A stretch of DNA of 64,000 nucleotides. It comes from an uncultured Gammaproteobacteria bacterium. Lineage in GTDB: Bacteria; Pseudomonadota; Gammaproteobacteria; CAVZZX01. This document shows, piece by piece, positions 11,378 through 21,538 of this stretch. The stretch spans positions 1,924,429 through 1,988,428 of the forward strand of contig CAVZZX010000003.1 in NCBI GenBank assembly GCA_963779865.1, written 5' to 3'. The notes beneath the pieces are model-generated. The model made no database searches, was not told where the DNA came from, and was given only the letters and a program-made list of their open reading frames with translations. A program made the translations under genes and the position numbers. Every line of letters begins with the position of its first letter. The stretch's first letter is position 1.

Positions 11378-12696
11378 CATCCGTCGGTGCGCGCGTACAG
11401 GTCGTGCGCATCCGCGGCGCTCACCCGCACCTCGGCGAACTCGCCCACCGGCAAAGCGGCCCCGTCCTCCACCACCACGACCCCGTCGATCTCCGGCGCC
11501 TCGCCGGCGCTGCGCGCCAGGGCCAGCCCGTCCCCGGTCACCTCGTCGACCAGCACGCGCAGGCGGCGGCCGACCTTGTCCTGCAGGCGGTCGGCGCTGA
11601 TCTGCGCCTGCACCTCCATGAAGCGCTCCAGCCGCTCCTCCTTGAGCTCCTCGGGCACGGCGCCCGGCAGGGCATTGGCCGCGGCACCCTCCACCGGCGA
11701 ATAGGCGAAGGCCCCCACGCGGTCCAGGCGCGCCGCCCGCAGAAAATCGAGCAGCTCCTCGAACTCGGCCTCCGTCTCGCCGGGGAAACCGACGATGAAG
11801 GTGCTGCGCAGGGTAAGCTCGGGGCAGTCCGCGCGCCAGCCCTCGATGCGGCGCAGCGCGTTCTCCGCATTGGCCGGGCGGCGCATGGCCTTGAGTACGC
11901 GCGGGCTGGCGTGCTGCAGGGGCACGTCGAGATAGGGCAGCACCCGCCCCTCGGCCATCAGCGGGATCAGCTCGTTGACGTGCGGGTAGGGGTAGACGTA
12001 GTGCAGGCGCACCCAGGCGCCCAGATCGCCCAGCGCGCCCGCCAGTTCGGTGAGGCGCGTCTTCACCGGGCGCCCGCCCCAGAACCCGGTCCGGTAGCGC
12101 ACATCCACGCCGTAGGCGCTGGTGTCCTGCGAGACGACCAGCAGCTCGCGCACCCCGGCGGAGACCAGGGCCTCGGCCTCGCCCAGCACGTCCCCGACCG
12201 GGCGGCTGTCCAGGTCGCCGCGCATGGAGGGGATGATGCAGAAGCTGCAGCGATGGTTGCAGCCCTCGGAAATCTTCAGGTAGGCGTAGTGCCGCGGGGT
12301 GAGCTTGATGCCGCCGGGCGGCACCAGCGAGGTGTACGGGTCGTGCTGCGGGGGCAGGTGGGCGTGGATGGCGCTCATCACCTCCGCGGTGGCGTGCGGG
12401 CCGGTGACCGCGAGCACCTGCGGGTGGGCCTCGCGGACCACGTCACCTTTCGCGCCAAGACAGCCGGTCACGACCACCCGGCCGTTCTCGGCCAGGGCCT
12501 CGCCGATGGCGTCCAGCGATTCCTCGACGGCGGCATCGATGAAGCCGCAGGTGTTCACGATCACCAGGTCGGCCTGCGCATAGTCGGGGGCGAGGAGATA
12601 GCCCTCCGCGCGCAGCTGGGTGAGGATGCGCTCGGAGTCCACGGTCGCCTTGGGGCAGCCGAGACTCACGAAGCCGATTCGGGCCGGTGCCTGCAT
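11377..12696 (-). CDS. rimO: Ribosomal protein S12 methylthiotransferase
   Basis: MTTase N-domain, radical [18 protein letters not shown] domain; 439 aa. Confidence 0.9.
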   Translation of the reverse strand: MQAPARIGFVSLGCPKATVDSERILTQLRAEGYLLAPDYAQADLVIVNTCGFIDAAVEESLDAIGEALAENGRVVVTGCLGAKGDVVREAHPQVLAVTGPHATAEVMSAIHAHLPPQHDPYTSLVPPGGIKLTPRHYAYLKISEGCNHRCSFCIIPSMRGDLDSRPVGDVLGEAEALVSAGVRELLVVSQDTSAYGVDVRYRTGFWGGRPVKTRLTELAGALGDLGAWVRLHYVYPYPHVNELIPLMAEGRVLPYLDVPLQHASPRVLKAMRRPANAENALRRIEGWRADCPELTLRSTFIVGFPGETEAEFEELLDFLRAARLDRVGAFAYSPVEGAAANALPGAVPEELKEERLERFMEVQAQISADRLQDKVGRRLRVLVDEVTGDGLALARSAGEAPEIDGVVVVEDGAALPVGEFAEVRVSAADAHDLYARTDG

Positions 12697-12705
12697 ATTC
12701 GGAAT

Positions 12706-13164
12706 CTACTCGAGGGTGAAATCGGAGAAGTCGTAGTCGATGCGGTTGTCCGCGACATCCAGCCCGGACTCCACGCGCAGCCCCGCGTCCTGGCGGCGCA
12801 GCCGCGCATGGTGGCGGGTCGGAATCTCGTCCAGGATCCAGCCCACCTCGCTGGGGTCCAGCACCCGCCCGTCGGCGCGGGTCAGGTGGCGTACCAGCAC
12901 CTGGTCGGCCTCCACGCGCAGCACCAGCGGCAGCGGCAATTGCAGGGGCAGCACGTGCTCCTGCACCACCTGCTCCAGGGGCGAGGGCCGACCGTGTGCC
13001 TGCCGCAGGTCGAGCCGGAAATAAGCGCCCCCGCCGGGCAGCTTGAGCAGGCGCGCCAACCAGTCGCCCTGAAAGCCGCGATGGACGATGATGCTGCGCC
13101 CGGCGAAGCGTTCGAAAAATTGCGCCAGCGGCGCGCCGCGCCGGCTGCGAAAAAGGCCGAACAT
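12706..13164 (-). CDS. Hypothetical protein
   Basis: ORF with good GC3, start at MFGLF; no motif recognised. Confidence 0.35.
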   Translation of the reverse strand: MFGLFRSRRGAPLAQFFERFAGRSIIVHRGFQGDWLARLLKLPGGGAYFRLDLRQAHGRPSPLEQVVQEHVLPLQLPLPLVLRVEADQVLVRHLTRADGRVLDPSEVGWILDEIPTRHHARLRRQDAGLRVESGLDVADNRIDYDFSDFTLE

Positions 13165-13351
13165 CGCTGTGCCTCTGCCGTCTCCCGGGCGCGGCATTAT
13201 AGCCGATCGACGCCGCTTCCGCGGGTGTTACACTGTTCGCGAGTGCCGCCCGGGTGTTTCAGCCACCTGCGTCGGGCCGCGGCGCGCGGCGGCGCCCCGG
13301 GCGTGTTCGGGCCTCACGGCCGCCATCGGCACCGCTTCGGCGAATCGGCAC

Positions 13352-14449
13352 ATGGACAAATTTCTCTACGCACACGCCGGCGGCGCCTCCGCGGCCGCCC
13401 TGCTCGACCGCTGCCTGACCGGGCTCGGGCCGGTCCCGCGCGAGGCCAATCTCGGCTTCATTTATGCCACCGACACCTTGGCGGACGAACTGCCGATGCT
13501 GCTCGAGGCGCTACGTGCCGGCACCGGCGTGGAGCACTGGGTGGGCACCCTCGGGCTGGGCATCTGTGCCACCGGCACGGAGTACTACGACGAGCCCGCG
13601 CTGGCGGTGCTGGTGGGTGACTTCCCGCCGGGCAGCTTCCGCGTCTTCCAGGGCCTGCCCGCGGCCGCCTCACCGGCCGGCAGCCACGGCAACGCCCGTT
13701 TCGCCGTGGTGCATGGCGATCCGCGCAACGGCAAGCTGCCCGAGCACATCGCCCGCCTGCCCGCCCTGATTGGCGATGGCTTTCTCGTCGGCGGGTTGAC
13801 CGCCTCGCAGGCCAGCTTCCAGCAGGTGGCCGACGGCCTCACCGAGGGACAACTCTCAGGCGTGGTGTTCGAACCCGAGGTCCGGGTGGTCAGCGCACTC
13901 ACCCAGGGATGCAGCCCCATCGGCCCGGTGCATACCGTGAACGAGTGTCAGGGCAACGTCGCCGTGCGCATCGACGAGCGGCCGGCCCTGGACGTGCTCA
14001 AAGAGGACATGGGCGAGCTGCTCGCACGCGATCTGAATCGTGCGGCGGGCTACATCTTCGCGGGCTTCCCGGTGCGCGGGTCCGACACCGGCGACTACCT
14101 GGTGCGCAACCTGCTGGGCATGGACAGCGCCCGCGGGCTGCTGGCCGTCGGCGACCGCCTGGAGATCGGCCAGGGGCTGCTGTTCTGCCGGCGCGACGCG
14201 CAGACGGCGGTGCAGGACCTGGAGCGCATGCTCGCCGACCTGAAGAGCCGCCTGCCGGGCCCGCCGCGCGGCGGCGTCTATCACTCCTGTCTCGGCCGCG
14301 GACACACTCTGTTCGGCGAGGCCTCCGAAGAACTCAGAATCATCGCCGAGGCGCTGGGGCCCGTGCCCCTGGTCGGCTTCTATGCCAACGGCGAGATCTC
14401 CGGCGATCGTCTGTACGGCTACACCGGCGTGCTCAGCCTGTTCGTCTGA
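13352..14449 (+). CDS. FIST domain sensory protein
   Basis: FIST-N/FIST-C-like pattern; start at MDKFLYAHAGG inside longer ORF (frame-derived coordinate). Confidence 0.55.
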   Translation: MDKFLYAHAGGASAAALLDRCLTGLGPVPREANLGFIYATDTLADELPMLLEALRAGTGVEHWVGTLGLGICATGTEYYDEPALAVLVGDFPPGSFRVFQGLPAAASPAGSHGNARFAVVHGDPRNGKLPEHIARLPALIGDGFLVGGLTASQASFQQVADGLTEGQLSGVVFEPEVRVVSALTQGCSPIGPVHTVNECQGNVAVRIDERPALDVLKEDMGELLARDLNRAAGYIFAGFPVRGSDTGDYLVRNLLGMDSARGLLAVGDRLEIGQGLLFCRRDAQTAVQDLERMLADLKSRLPGPPRGGVYHSCLGRGHTLFGEASEELRIIAEALGPVPLVGFYANGEISGDRLYGYTGVLSLFV

Positions 14450-14482
14450 GCGCGCCTCGACAAATCAAGGAGAACCGCGAGC

Positions 14483-15526
14483 ATGCACTACCGCCGTCTG
14501 GGCAATACCGACGTCGAGGTCAGCGCGATCTGCCTGGGGACCATGACCTGGGGTGAGCAGAACACCGAGGACGAGGCCCACACGCAGCTCGACTACGCCC
14601 TCGAGCAGGGCATCAATTTCATCGACACCGCGGAGATGTATCCCATCCCGCCCGCCGCCGAGACCCAGGGGCGCACCGAGACCTACATCGGCAACTGGCT
14701 GCACAAGCGCGGCCGGCGCGAGGACGTCGTGCTCGCCAGCAAGGTGATCGGCCCGCCGTGGGAGGCGCTCAAGCACTTCCGCGGCGGCGCGGCGCGGCTG
14801 GACCGCCCCAACATCGAGACGGCCATCGATGCCAGCCTCAAGCGGCTGCGGACCGATTACCTGGACCTGTATCAGCTGCACTGGCCGGACCGCAAGACCA
14901 ACTTCTTCGGCAAGCTCGGCTACGTGCACGCGCCCGACGACGATCCGGTGCCGATCGAGGAGACCCTCGCCGCGCTGGACGGACTCGTGAAGGCGGGCAA
15001 GGTGCGCCACATCGGTCTGTCCAACGAAACCGCCTGGGGGACCATGAAGTTCCTGCAGATCGCCGAGTCGCGCGGGCTGCCGCGTGTGGTCAGTGTGCAG
15101 AACCCCTACAGCCTGCTCAATCGCAGCTTCGAGGTGGGGCTGGCGGAGGTCGCCATGCGCGAGAGCGCCGGCTTGCTGGCCTATTCGCCGCTCGCCTTCG
15201 GCATGCTCAGCGGCAAGTACAGCGGCGGCGCCCAGCCCGCCGATGCGCGCCTGACGCGCTGGCCGCACTACGACCGCTACAGCAACCCGCAGGCGCGTGC
15301 GGCAACCGACCGGTACGTCGCCCTGGCGCGCGAGCACGGGCTCGACCCGGCACAGATGGCGCTCGCCTATGTGAACAGCCGCCCCTTCGTGACGGCCAAC
15401 ATCGTGGGCGCGACCAGCGTGGAGCAGCTGCGCAGCGATATCGACAGCATCGAGCTGGAATTGCCCGACACGGTGCTCGAGGGCATCGAGGCCATCCACA
15501 CCGAGCATCCCTACCCGAGTCCGTGA
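14483..15526 (+). CDS. NADP(H)-dependent aldo/keto reductase (Tas-like)
   Basis: AKR family motifs MHYRRLG...INFIDTAEMY...LDLYQLHWPD; 347 aa. Confidence 0.8.
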   Translation: MHYRRLGNTDVEVSAICLGTMTWGEQNTEDEAHTQLDYALEQGINFIDTAEMYPIPPAAETQGRTETYIGNWLHKRGRREDVVLASKVIGPPWEALKHFRGGAARLDRPNIETAIDASLKRLRTDYLDLYQLHWPDRKTNFFGKLGYVHAPDDDPVPIEETLAALDGLVKAGKVRHIGLSNETAWGTMKFLQIAESRGLPRVVSVQNPYSLLNRSFEVGLAEVAMRESAGLLAYSPLAFGMLSGKYSGGAQPADARLTRWPHYDRYSNPQARAATDRYVALAREHGLDPAQMALAYVNSRPFVTANIVGATSVEQLRSDIDSIELELPDTVLEGIEAIHTEHPYPSP

Positions 15527-15576
15527 GCGGCCGCCACGCGGTTCGGCCCTGCCGCTCGCACAACCAGGAGAACGAG

Positions 15577-15918
15577 GTGGACTGTATCTTCTGCAAGATC
15601 GCCCACGGCGAGATCGACAGCGACATCGTCTACGAGGACGACGATGTCGTCGCCTTCCGCGACCTGAATCCGCAGGCGCCCGAGCATGTGCTGCTGATCC
15701 CGCGCAAGCACATCGCGACGGTCAACGATCTCACGGCGGCGGATGCGCCCCTGGTCGGCACGCTCTACCTCGGCGCTCGAGAGGTCGCCGCCCGCCTGGG
15801 GGTGGCGCAGGACGGTTACCGGCTGGTGATGAACTGCAACCCACGCGCCGGGCAGAGCGTGTACCACATCCACCTGCATCTGCTCGCGGGGCGCGATATG
15901 GGCTGGCCGCCGGGTTGA
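15577..15918 (+). CDS. HIT family (histidine triad) protein
   Basis: CIFCKI..., histidine triad HIHLHLL; GTG start with aggag RBS. Confidence 0.75.
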   Translation: MDCIFCKIAHGEIDSDIVYEDDDVVAFRDLNPQAPEHVLLIPRKHIATVNDLTAADAPLVGTLYLGAREVAARLGVAQDGYRLVMNCNPRAGQSVYHIHLHLLAGRDMGWPPG

Positions 15919-15921
15919 GGC

Positions 15922-16989
15922 TCAGCCGACCCGCATGCGGGTCGGCACCCCCTGCAGACCGCCCTCGAGCACACTTGCCGCGAAGCCGCTCTGGGCGAGC
16001 AGGAAGCTCGCCGCGGCGCTGCGCCGCCCGGTGCCGCAATAGCACACATAGTGTGTCTGGCGGTCCAGCTCGTCCTGGCGCTCGCGCAGCTCGTGCAGCG
16101 GAATGTTCAGGGCGCGCGGCAGGCGCTGGTGCCGGTACTCGCGGGGATGCCGCACGTCGAGCCAGCGTGCCCCTTCGACGATCCTGCGGCGCGCCTGATC
16201 GACCTCCAGGCGCTGCACCAGCGGCTCGTGCAGCAGCGCATCGAAATCGCTCTTGGCCAGCCGCATCAACGTCCCCGCCGAGGTCATGGTGACGGTGGCG
16301 TTGCGCTCACCGCCGCAGATCAAGGCTTCCTCGCCGAACACCGCACCCGGCCCGATGTCGGCGAGCGCAACGGTGCGCGTCACGCGCGCCGTCCCCTCGG
16401 TGAGTACGTAGTAGTAGTCCCCGGCTTCGCCCTGACGCACCACCACCTCCCCGGCCCTGGCCTGCACCGGGCGCATGCGTTCGAGCAGCGGCCGCACATG
16501 GGCGGACGGGAGGTTCTTGAAGGCCATGATGTGGCGCATGCGCCCCACCCAGTCGCGGGGGGCAGGAGGGGCGGGCTCGGCGAGGCGCTCGCCGGGCTGC
16601 GGATCTGCCTGCAGCGGCGCGGCGCTGAGCTGCTCCCAGCTCAGCATGTAGTCGAGAATGCTGTTGTCGATGCGCAGCAGCGTGACCGCGCTGAGGCTCA
16701 CGGCATCCACCTGATGCGGTTGGCTGGGGTCGAGGGCGGCGCACGCCGCATCGCTGCCGCCGCTCACCACACGCTCGAGGGTGCGGCCGGCGCCGCTCAG
16801 CTGCACATTGCCCTGCAACACGAACACCGACTGCCCGTCGACGTCACCCTTGCGGAAGATGGTCGTGCCCATGCCGAGGCGCTCGACGCAGGAGAGGCCG
16901 AGGAGTTCCTCCAGGCGCGCGTCACTGAGCGACGCGAGCGGCTGGAAGCCGCGCAACTGACTGGGGCCGATCCCCGGGAGAGCGTCCAT
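15922..16989 (-). CDS. Two cyclic-nucleotide-binding domains fused to a rhodanese domain
   Basis: Two CAP_ED-like segments (FGEEALI..., RKGD), C-terminal rhodanese with active Cys (YCGTGRRS). Confidence 0.65.
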   Translation of the reverse strand: MDALPGIGPSQLRGFQPLASLSDARLEELLGLSCVERLGMGTTIFRKGDVDGQSVFVLQGNVQLSGAGRTLERVVSGGSDAACAALDPSQPHQVDAVSLSAVTLLRIDNSILDYMLSWEQLSAAPLQADPQPGERLAEPAPPAPRDWVGRMRHIMAFKNLPSAHVRPLLERMRPVQARAGEVVVRQGEAGDYYYVLTEGTARVTRTVALADIGPGAVFGEEALICGGERNATVTMTSAGTLMRLAKSDFDALLHEPLVQRLEVDQARRRIVEGARWLDVRHPREYRHQRLPRALNIPLHELRERQDELDRQTHYVCYCGTGRRSAAASFLLAQSGFAASVLEGGLQGVPTRMRVG

Positions 16990-17184
16990 GGCCGCGTTCC
17001 TTTGCGTTCTTGTGGGCGACACGAGCCGTGTAACGCACCATTGGTAACGCATCGGTGACACACCCGACGTGACAGCGTTCGCATTTCGCCCGCTCCCCCC
17101 CGGGCTGCGGCATCGTGCGCCCGCCGGCCCGGGCCGCGGACATCGCTGGCTTCCCGCCGCGCCAGGGGCGCAACCGGTCGCCGG

Positions 17185-17805
17185 CTAGACTCCCAAGGCG
17201 CAGTCGAGCGCGGCGGCGATCCCCTTGTCGGCCCCCGGGCCGAACTGCGTGGTGCCCGGCTCGAAGCGGTCGGTGAAGGCGTATTCGTACTTCACGTCCT
17301 GCAGGCCCAGGGCGCCGAACAGGCGCGTCTCGAAAGACTGATCGTCGGCGTGCTCGATCAGCGTCGGCCAACCGTCCGCCCCCGGCTCCAGGATCGGGCC
17401 GAAGAACACCACGCCGGGCTTGTTCTTCAGGCGCAGTGCGCAGCTGCCTTGCGTGCGCCCCGACATGGGCAGAAAGTCGATGGTACGGGTGAGCTTGGTC
17501 TGTGTATTCAGGCTCAGGTCGACGGTGCCCTCGATGGCGGCGACCTCGGCCTCGAAGGCCAGCGCCTCGGCGCCCGAGGCCGCGCGCCAGGCGTCGAGCT
17601 CGTGCGCCCCGAAACGGCTGGGCAGGAAGATGAATTTCAGCGGTGCCAGCGCCTGCAGCGCCTGCAGGGTTTCGGCGGAAAAGGGGGGCGTATTGACCAG
17701 CACGCCGTTGACTTCCCGGTCGACGATGTAATACACCGCAGGATGTCCCGGCGGGACAGGCACGAGATAAATCCTGCGACCGACGATGGAAAGCAGCTCC
17801 TGCAT
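17185..17805 (-). CDS. Hypothetical protein (possibly degenerate MBL-fold)
   Basis: ORF with coding-like composition; no catalytic motif recognised. Confidence 0.35.
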   Translation of the reverse strand: MQELLSIVGRRIYLVPVPPGHPAVYYIVDREVNGVLVNTPPFSAETLQALQALAPLKFIFLPSRFGAHELDAWRAASGAEALAFEAEVAAIEGTVDLSLNTQTKLTRTIDFLPMSGRTQGSCALRLKNKPGVVFFGPILEPGADGWPTLIEHADDQSFETRLFGALGLQDVKYEYAFTDRFEPGTTQFGPGADKGIAAALDCALGV

Positions 17806-17880
17806 GAGAACACCCGTGGAAGAATGGGGCCCCTACCTTAGCCGAAGCCCTGCGGGGCCGCCAGGGCGGAGCGATCCACC

Positions 17881-18513
17881 GTGAGCACCGGGGGCGCGGA
17901 CCTGCTCCTGCTCAGCGGTGGCGTGGAGAGCACGACCCTGCTCTATCGCCTGCGCGGGCAGCCGCTGCACGCCGTAAGCATCGACTATGGGCAACGCGCC
18001 GCCGCACGCGAATACGCCGCCGCACGGTGGCACTGCGAACGCCTGCAGGTGCCATTGACCCGTCTGCAGATGCCCCAGGCGGGGGAGGCGTTCCGGGCGC
18101 ATCAGACGCACAAGCTGCACGTCCCCATCCCGCACCGGAACCTGTTCATCCTCAGCCTGTCCGTCGCCTTCGCCGCCCAGCAGGGGGCACGCCGCATCTA
18201 CCTGTCCATCAACCGGGAGGACAGTGAACGCCACCCGAGCGCGGCGCCGGGGTTCCTCGAACGTTTCAACGCCATGGTGCAGGCGCTGGAGCCGATCGCC
18301 GTGCACACGCCGCTGGCCGCCGATAGCAAGGCGGCGATCATCCTTCAGGGCCTGAGCGCCGGCGTGGATTTCGCCCATACCTACAGCTGCCTGCTCGGCC
18401 ATGCACGCCATTGCGGCGGCTGCCCGCAATGCCGCAGCCGACGCGCCGCCTTCGCGGCCGCGGCGCAGAGTGAGCCGGCGGGTTTCTACCGGCACGGCGG
18501 CGACGTAGTTTAA
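17881..18513 (+). CDS. queC: QueC-like PP-loop ATPase (7-cyano-7-deazaguanine synthase homolog)
   Basis: PP-loop LLLLSGGVESTT, IDYGQR, C-terminal Cys cluster CGGCPQC; shorter and divergent vs E. coli QueC (SGGxES not SGGxDS). Confidence 0.6.
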   Translation: MSTGGADLLLLSGGVESTTLLYRLRGQPLHAVSIDYGQRAAAREYAAARWHCERLQVPLTRLQMPQAGEAFRAHQTHKLHVPIPHRNLFILSLSVAFAAQQGARRIYLSINREDSERHPSAAPGFLERFNAMVQALEPIAVHTPLAADSKAAIILQGLSAGVDFAHTYSCLLGHARHCGGCPQCRSRRAAFAAAAQSEPAGFYRHGGDVV

Positions 18514-18540
18514 GGTGCCCGGTCCCGCGGCCGTTATACG

Positions 18541-19860
18541 GTGAACGAAGGGAACTCGCGCACAGCGCAGAATCGCGGCATGGGCTCACCGGAAATCTCA
18601 CGCACGGCGATCATTCAGAGCCTCCTGGAGGCCGCTCAGGTCAAGACCGCAACGCGGTGCACGCCCGGAGCGATGCCGCGCCGCGGCTGTGCGGTGCTGT
18701 TGCGCCGAGGCGAACAGGTGCTGCTTGCCCTGCACGATACCCGGCGCCGCCTGGACCTCGCCGCGCTCGAGCGGGAGCTCGGCGAAGGGCTGCGCCCGGC
18801 CCGGCCCGAGGAATGCGCCGAGGCGATGTTCATGCACCGGCCCGGCGCCGGCGCACTTCTGCTCGCGGTGGACCTCGACGTGCGTGCCGACGAGACCGTC
18901 GAGCTCGTCGAGGCGGAGCACCGCCTGTACCTTCCCGCCGCGGCCCTGCTCGGCACCCCTGCCGCGCGGCGCGGGCACTTTACGCACGCCCGCGCGCCGG
19001 GCCCCGCAGCCGGGCTGGACGCGCGCCTGCAGCGGCTGGAGCAGCTGCCCGGCCCTCCGCAACTCGCCCGCCGCCTGTTGCTACTCAGGGGCAACCCGCA
19101 CGCGACCGTGGCCGGGCTGTGCACCGTGGTCGAGGAGGACGCCGCGATCGCCGCGCAAGTCATGCGCGTGGCCAACTCCGCGCACTACGGGGCGGGCGCG
19201 GTGGCGACCCTGGAAGCGGCAGTGCTGCGCGTACTCGGCTTCGAAGCGGTGCTGCACATCGCCATGGGCATGGCGGTGCGCAGCGGGCTGGAGCTGCCCC
19301 AGGACGGCCCCCTCGGTGCGCAGCGCCTCACCCGGGACGCCATCTACACGGCGGCCGTGGCCGAACACCTCGCCGCCGCGCTGCCGCGCCGGCGACGCCC
19401 GGTGCCGGGCAGCGCCTACCTGGCCGGCCTGCTGCACGACATCGGCTATCTGGCCATGGCGCAGCTGTTCCGCAGCGAGTATTTCTGGCTCAACAAGCTG
19501 CTGCAGGCCCATCGCGAGGCGGCACCGCTGGACATCGAGTGCCGCCTGCTCGGCACCGATCATGCCGACCTCGGAGGCCGCCTGTGCGCGGCCTGGTCGC
19601 TGCCCGCTGCGGTGATCGCGGTCGCCCATCACCACCACGATCCCGACTACGCCGGCGAACAGGCCGACGCCGTGCGGCTGGTGCAGGTCGCCGAGCGTCT
19701 GCTCGCGAGTCAGGGGCTGGGCGCCAGCGGGCCCGACGAGCTGCCCGAGGCGCTGCTCTCGGCGCTGGGTCTGGAGGAGGAACAGGTGCTCGAACGCTTC
19801 AGCGAGGTGCTGGCGGACCGGCTCAATATCGAGGCGATGGTCGCCGCCGGCACCGCCTGA
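18541..19860 (+). CDS. HDOD domain signalling protein
   Basis: HDOD-like segment LPGPPQLARRLL...VMRVANSAHYG...LLHDIGYL; start uncertain. Confidence 0.55.
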   Translation: MNEGNSRTAQNRGMGSPEISRTAIIQSLLEAAQVKTATRCTPGAMPRRGCAVLLRRGEQVLLALHDTRRRLDLAALERELGEGLRPARPEECAEAMFMHRPGAGALLLAVDLDVRADETVELVEAEHRLYLPAAALLGTPAARRGHFTHARAPGPAAGLDARLQRLEQLPGPPQLARRLLLLRGNPHATVAGLCTVVEEDAAIAAQVMRVANSAHYGAGAVATLEAAVLRVLGFEAVLHIAMGMAVRSGLELPQDGPLGAQRLTRDAIYTAAVAEHLAAALPRRRRPVPGSAYLAGLLHDIGYLAMAQLFRSEYFWLNKLLQAHREAAPLDIECRLLGTDHADLGGRLCAAWSLPAAVIAVAHHHHDPDYAGEQADAVRLVQVAERLLASQGLGASGPDELPEALLSALGLEEEQVLERFSEVLADRLNIEAMVAAGTA

Positions 19861-19902
19861 TCGCCTTGCAGGTCCGCCGGGCGGCCGCTAGAGTTCGTCC
19901 CC

Positions 19903-20586
19903 ATGAATGCCAACCCTGCCCCGCTTCGCCCTCGGCTGATCAGCTTTTCACTGTGTCCCTACGTGCAGCGCTCGGTCATCACGCTGCTCGAGAAGGACGT
20001 CGCCTACGACATCGACTATATCGAGCTGGATGCGCCCCCCGAGTGGTTCCTGCGCATCTCCCCGCTGCGCAAGGTGCCGGCGCTTCGGGTGGGCGACACG
20101 GCCCTGTTCGAGTCGGCGGTGATCAACGAATACCTGGACGAGATCCATCCCCCGAGCCTGCATCCGCCGGCGCCGCTGCGGCGCGCCCACAACCGCGCCT
20201 GGATCGAGGTGGGCTCGGAGTTGATCGGGGATCAGTTCCGGTTGTACACGGCCGCAACCCAGGAGACCTTCGAACAGGCACTGGCCGCCATCGAAAGCAA
20301 GTTCTCGCGCCTGGAGGAACAGCTGGGCGCCGGCCCCTTCTTCAACGGCGAGACGGCCGCGCTCGTCGATTTCGCCTACGCCCCCTTGTTTCAGCGCTTC
20401 GCGCTGCTGGAGGCCTGGCAGCCCCTGCACCTCACCGAGGAGTTCCCGCGCATCGCGGCGTGGCAGGAGGCCCTCGTGCGTCGCCCCTCCACGGCGGCCT
20501 CGGTGCTCGATGACTTCGCCGAGCGCTTCCGCGCCTACATCCGCGACCACGGCGCGTACGCCGCCGGCCAGTTCGCCCGCGCCTGA
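19903..20586 (+). CDS. Glutathione S-transferase family protein
   Basis: Thioredoxin-like N-domain LISFSLCPYVQR, ESAVINEYLDE motif. Confidence 0.7.
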   Translation: MNANPAPLRPRLISFSLCPYVQRSVITLLEKDVAYDIDYIELDAPPEWFLRISPLRKVPALRVGDTALFESAVINEYLDEIHPPSLHPPAPLRRAHNRAWIEVGSELIGDQFRLYTAATQETFEQALAAIESKFSRLEEQLGAGPFFNGETAALVDFAYAPLFQRFALLEAWQPLHLTEEFPRIAAWQEALVRRPSTAASVLDDFAERFRAYIRDHGAYAAGQFARA

Positions 20587-20602
20587 GGCCGCCCGAGCCG
20601 CC

Positions 20603-21538
20603 TCAGCGGGTCTCCTCGCCCAGCGCGTGCATGCCCGCGGCCCGCCCCGCCCGCCGCCACCAGGCGGCCAGCAGGGCGCCGGAGAGATTGTGCCAGATGC
20701 TGAACAGCGCGCCGGGGAGCGCCGCCGTCGGCCCGAAGAACTGCATCGCCAGGGCCACCGCCAGGCCGGAATTCTGCATCCCCACCTCGATGGCCAGGGT
20801 GCGCGCCGTGCGCCGCCCGGCCCCCATGGCACGTGTCAGCCCATAGCCGGCGGCGAGCCCCGCGCCGTTGTGCAGCGCCACCGCGAGGACGAGCACGCCC
20901 GCCAGCGAGGCGAGTCGCTCGCCGTTGAGGGCCACGATGATGGCGATGATCAGCACGATGATCAGCACCGACAGCAGCGGAAAGAGAGCACGCAGGCGAC
21001 GCGTGTAGCGGTGCGCGTAGGTGTTGATCAGCACCCCAAGCAGCACCGGCACCAGCACGATCTGGGCCACGCTCACCAGCATCGCGCCGGCGGGCACCGG
21101 CACACGCTCGCCGACGTAGAACCAGGTCAGCAGGGGCGTTGCAACCACCGCCAACAGCGTCGAGGCGCCGGTCACCAGGATCGACAAGGCCACGTTGCCG
21201 CCGGCCAGATAGCAGATGACGTTGGAGGCCGTGCCACCGGGCGCCGCCCCCACCAGGATCAGCCCCGCGGCGAGCTGCGGCGGCAGATCCAGCGCCGCGG
21301 CGATCAGCCACGCCAGCGCGGGCATCAGCGCGTACTGCAACAGCACGCCGAAGCCGATCAGCTGCGGTGCGCGCAGCACGGCGCGAAAGTGATCGAGCCG
21401 CAGACTCATGCCCATGCCGAACATCACGGCGCCGAGCAGATAGGCGATCGACGGCTTCAGGGCGGCGAAGGGCGCAGGCAGCACGAAGGCGATGGCACTG
21501 GCGAGCAGGGCCCAGAGCGGAAACAACCGCGTGAGCAT
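20603..21538 (-). CDS. Bile acid:sodium symporter (BASS) family transporter
   Basis: Multi-TM protein with BASS-like repeats; start at MLTRLFPLWALL. Confidence 0.7.
   Translation of the reverse strand: MLTRLFPLWALLASAIAFVLPAPFAALKPSIAYLLGAVMFGMGMSLRLDHFRAVLRAPQLIGFGVLLQYALMPALAWLIAAALDLPPQLAAGLILVGAAPGGTASNVICYLAGGNVALSILVTGASTLLAVVATPLLTWFYVGERVPVPAGAMLVSVAQIVLVPVLLGVLINTYAHRYTRRLRALFPLLSVLIIVLIIAIIVALNGERLASLAGVLVLAVALHNGAGLAAGYGLTRAMGAGRRTARTLAIEVGMQNSGLAVALAMQFFGPTAALPGALFSIWHNLSGALLAAWWRRAGRAAGMHALGEETR

Noticed and set aside
10930-13620. 896-aa plus-strand ORF spanning prk, rimO and the hypothetical gene
   Set aside because: Runs antisense through rimO and out of frame with prk; no recognisable domains; high-GC frame artefact
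14758-15576. Long N-terminal extension of the HIT-protein ORF
   Set aside because: Extension overlaps the aldo/keto reductase in another frame and is Arg/Ala-rich; a GTG with aggag RBS at 15577 gives a normal-length HIT protein
18657-20513. 618-aa plus-strand ORF overlapping the HDOD and GST genes
   Set aside because: Extremely Arg/Pro/Gly-rich; overlaps two genes with recognisable domains in other frames
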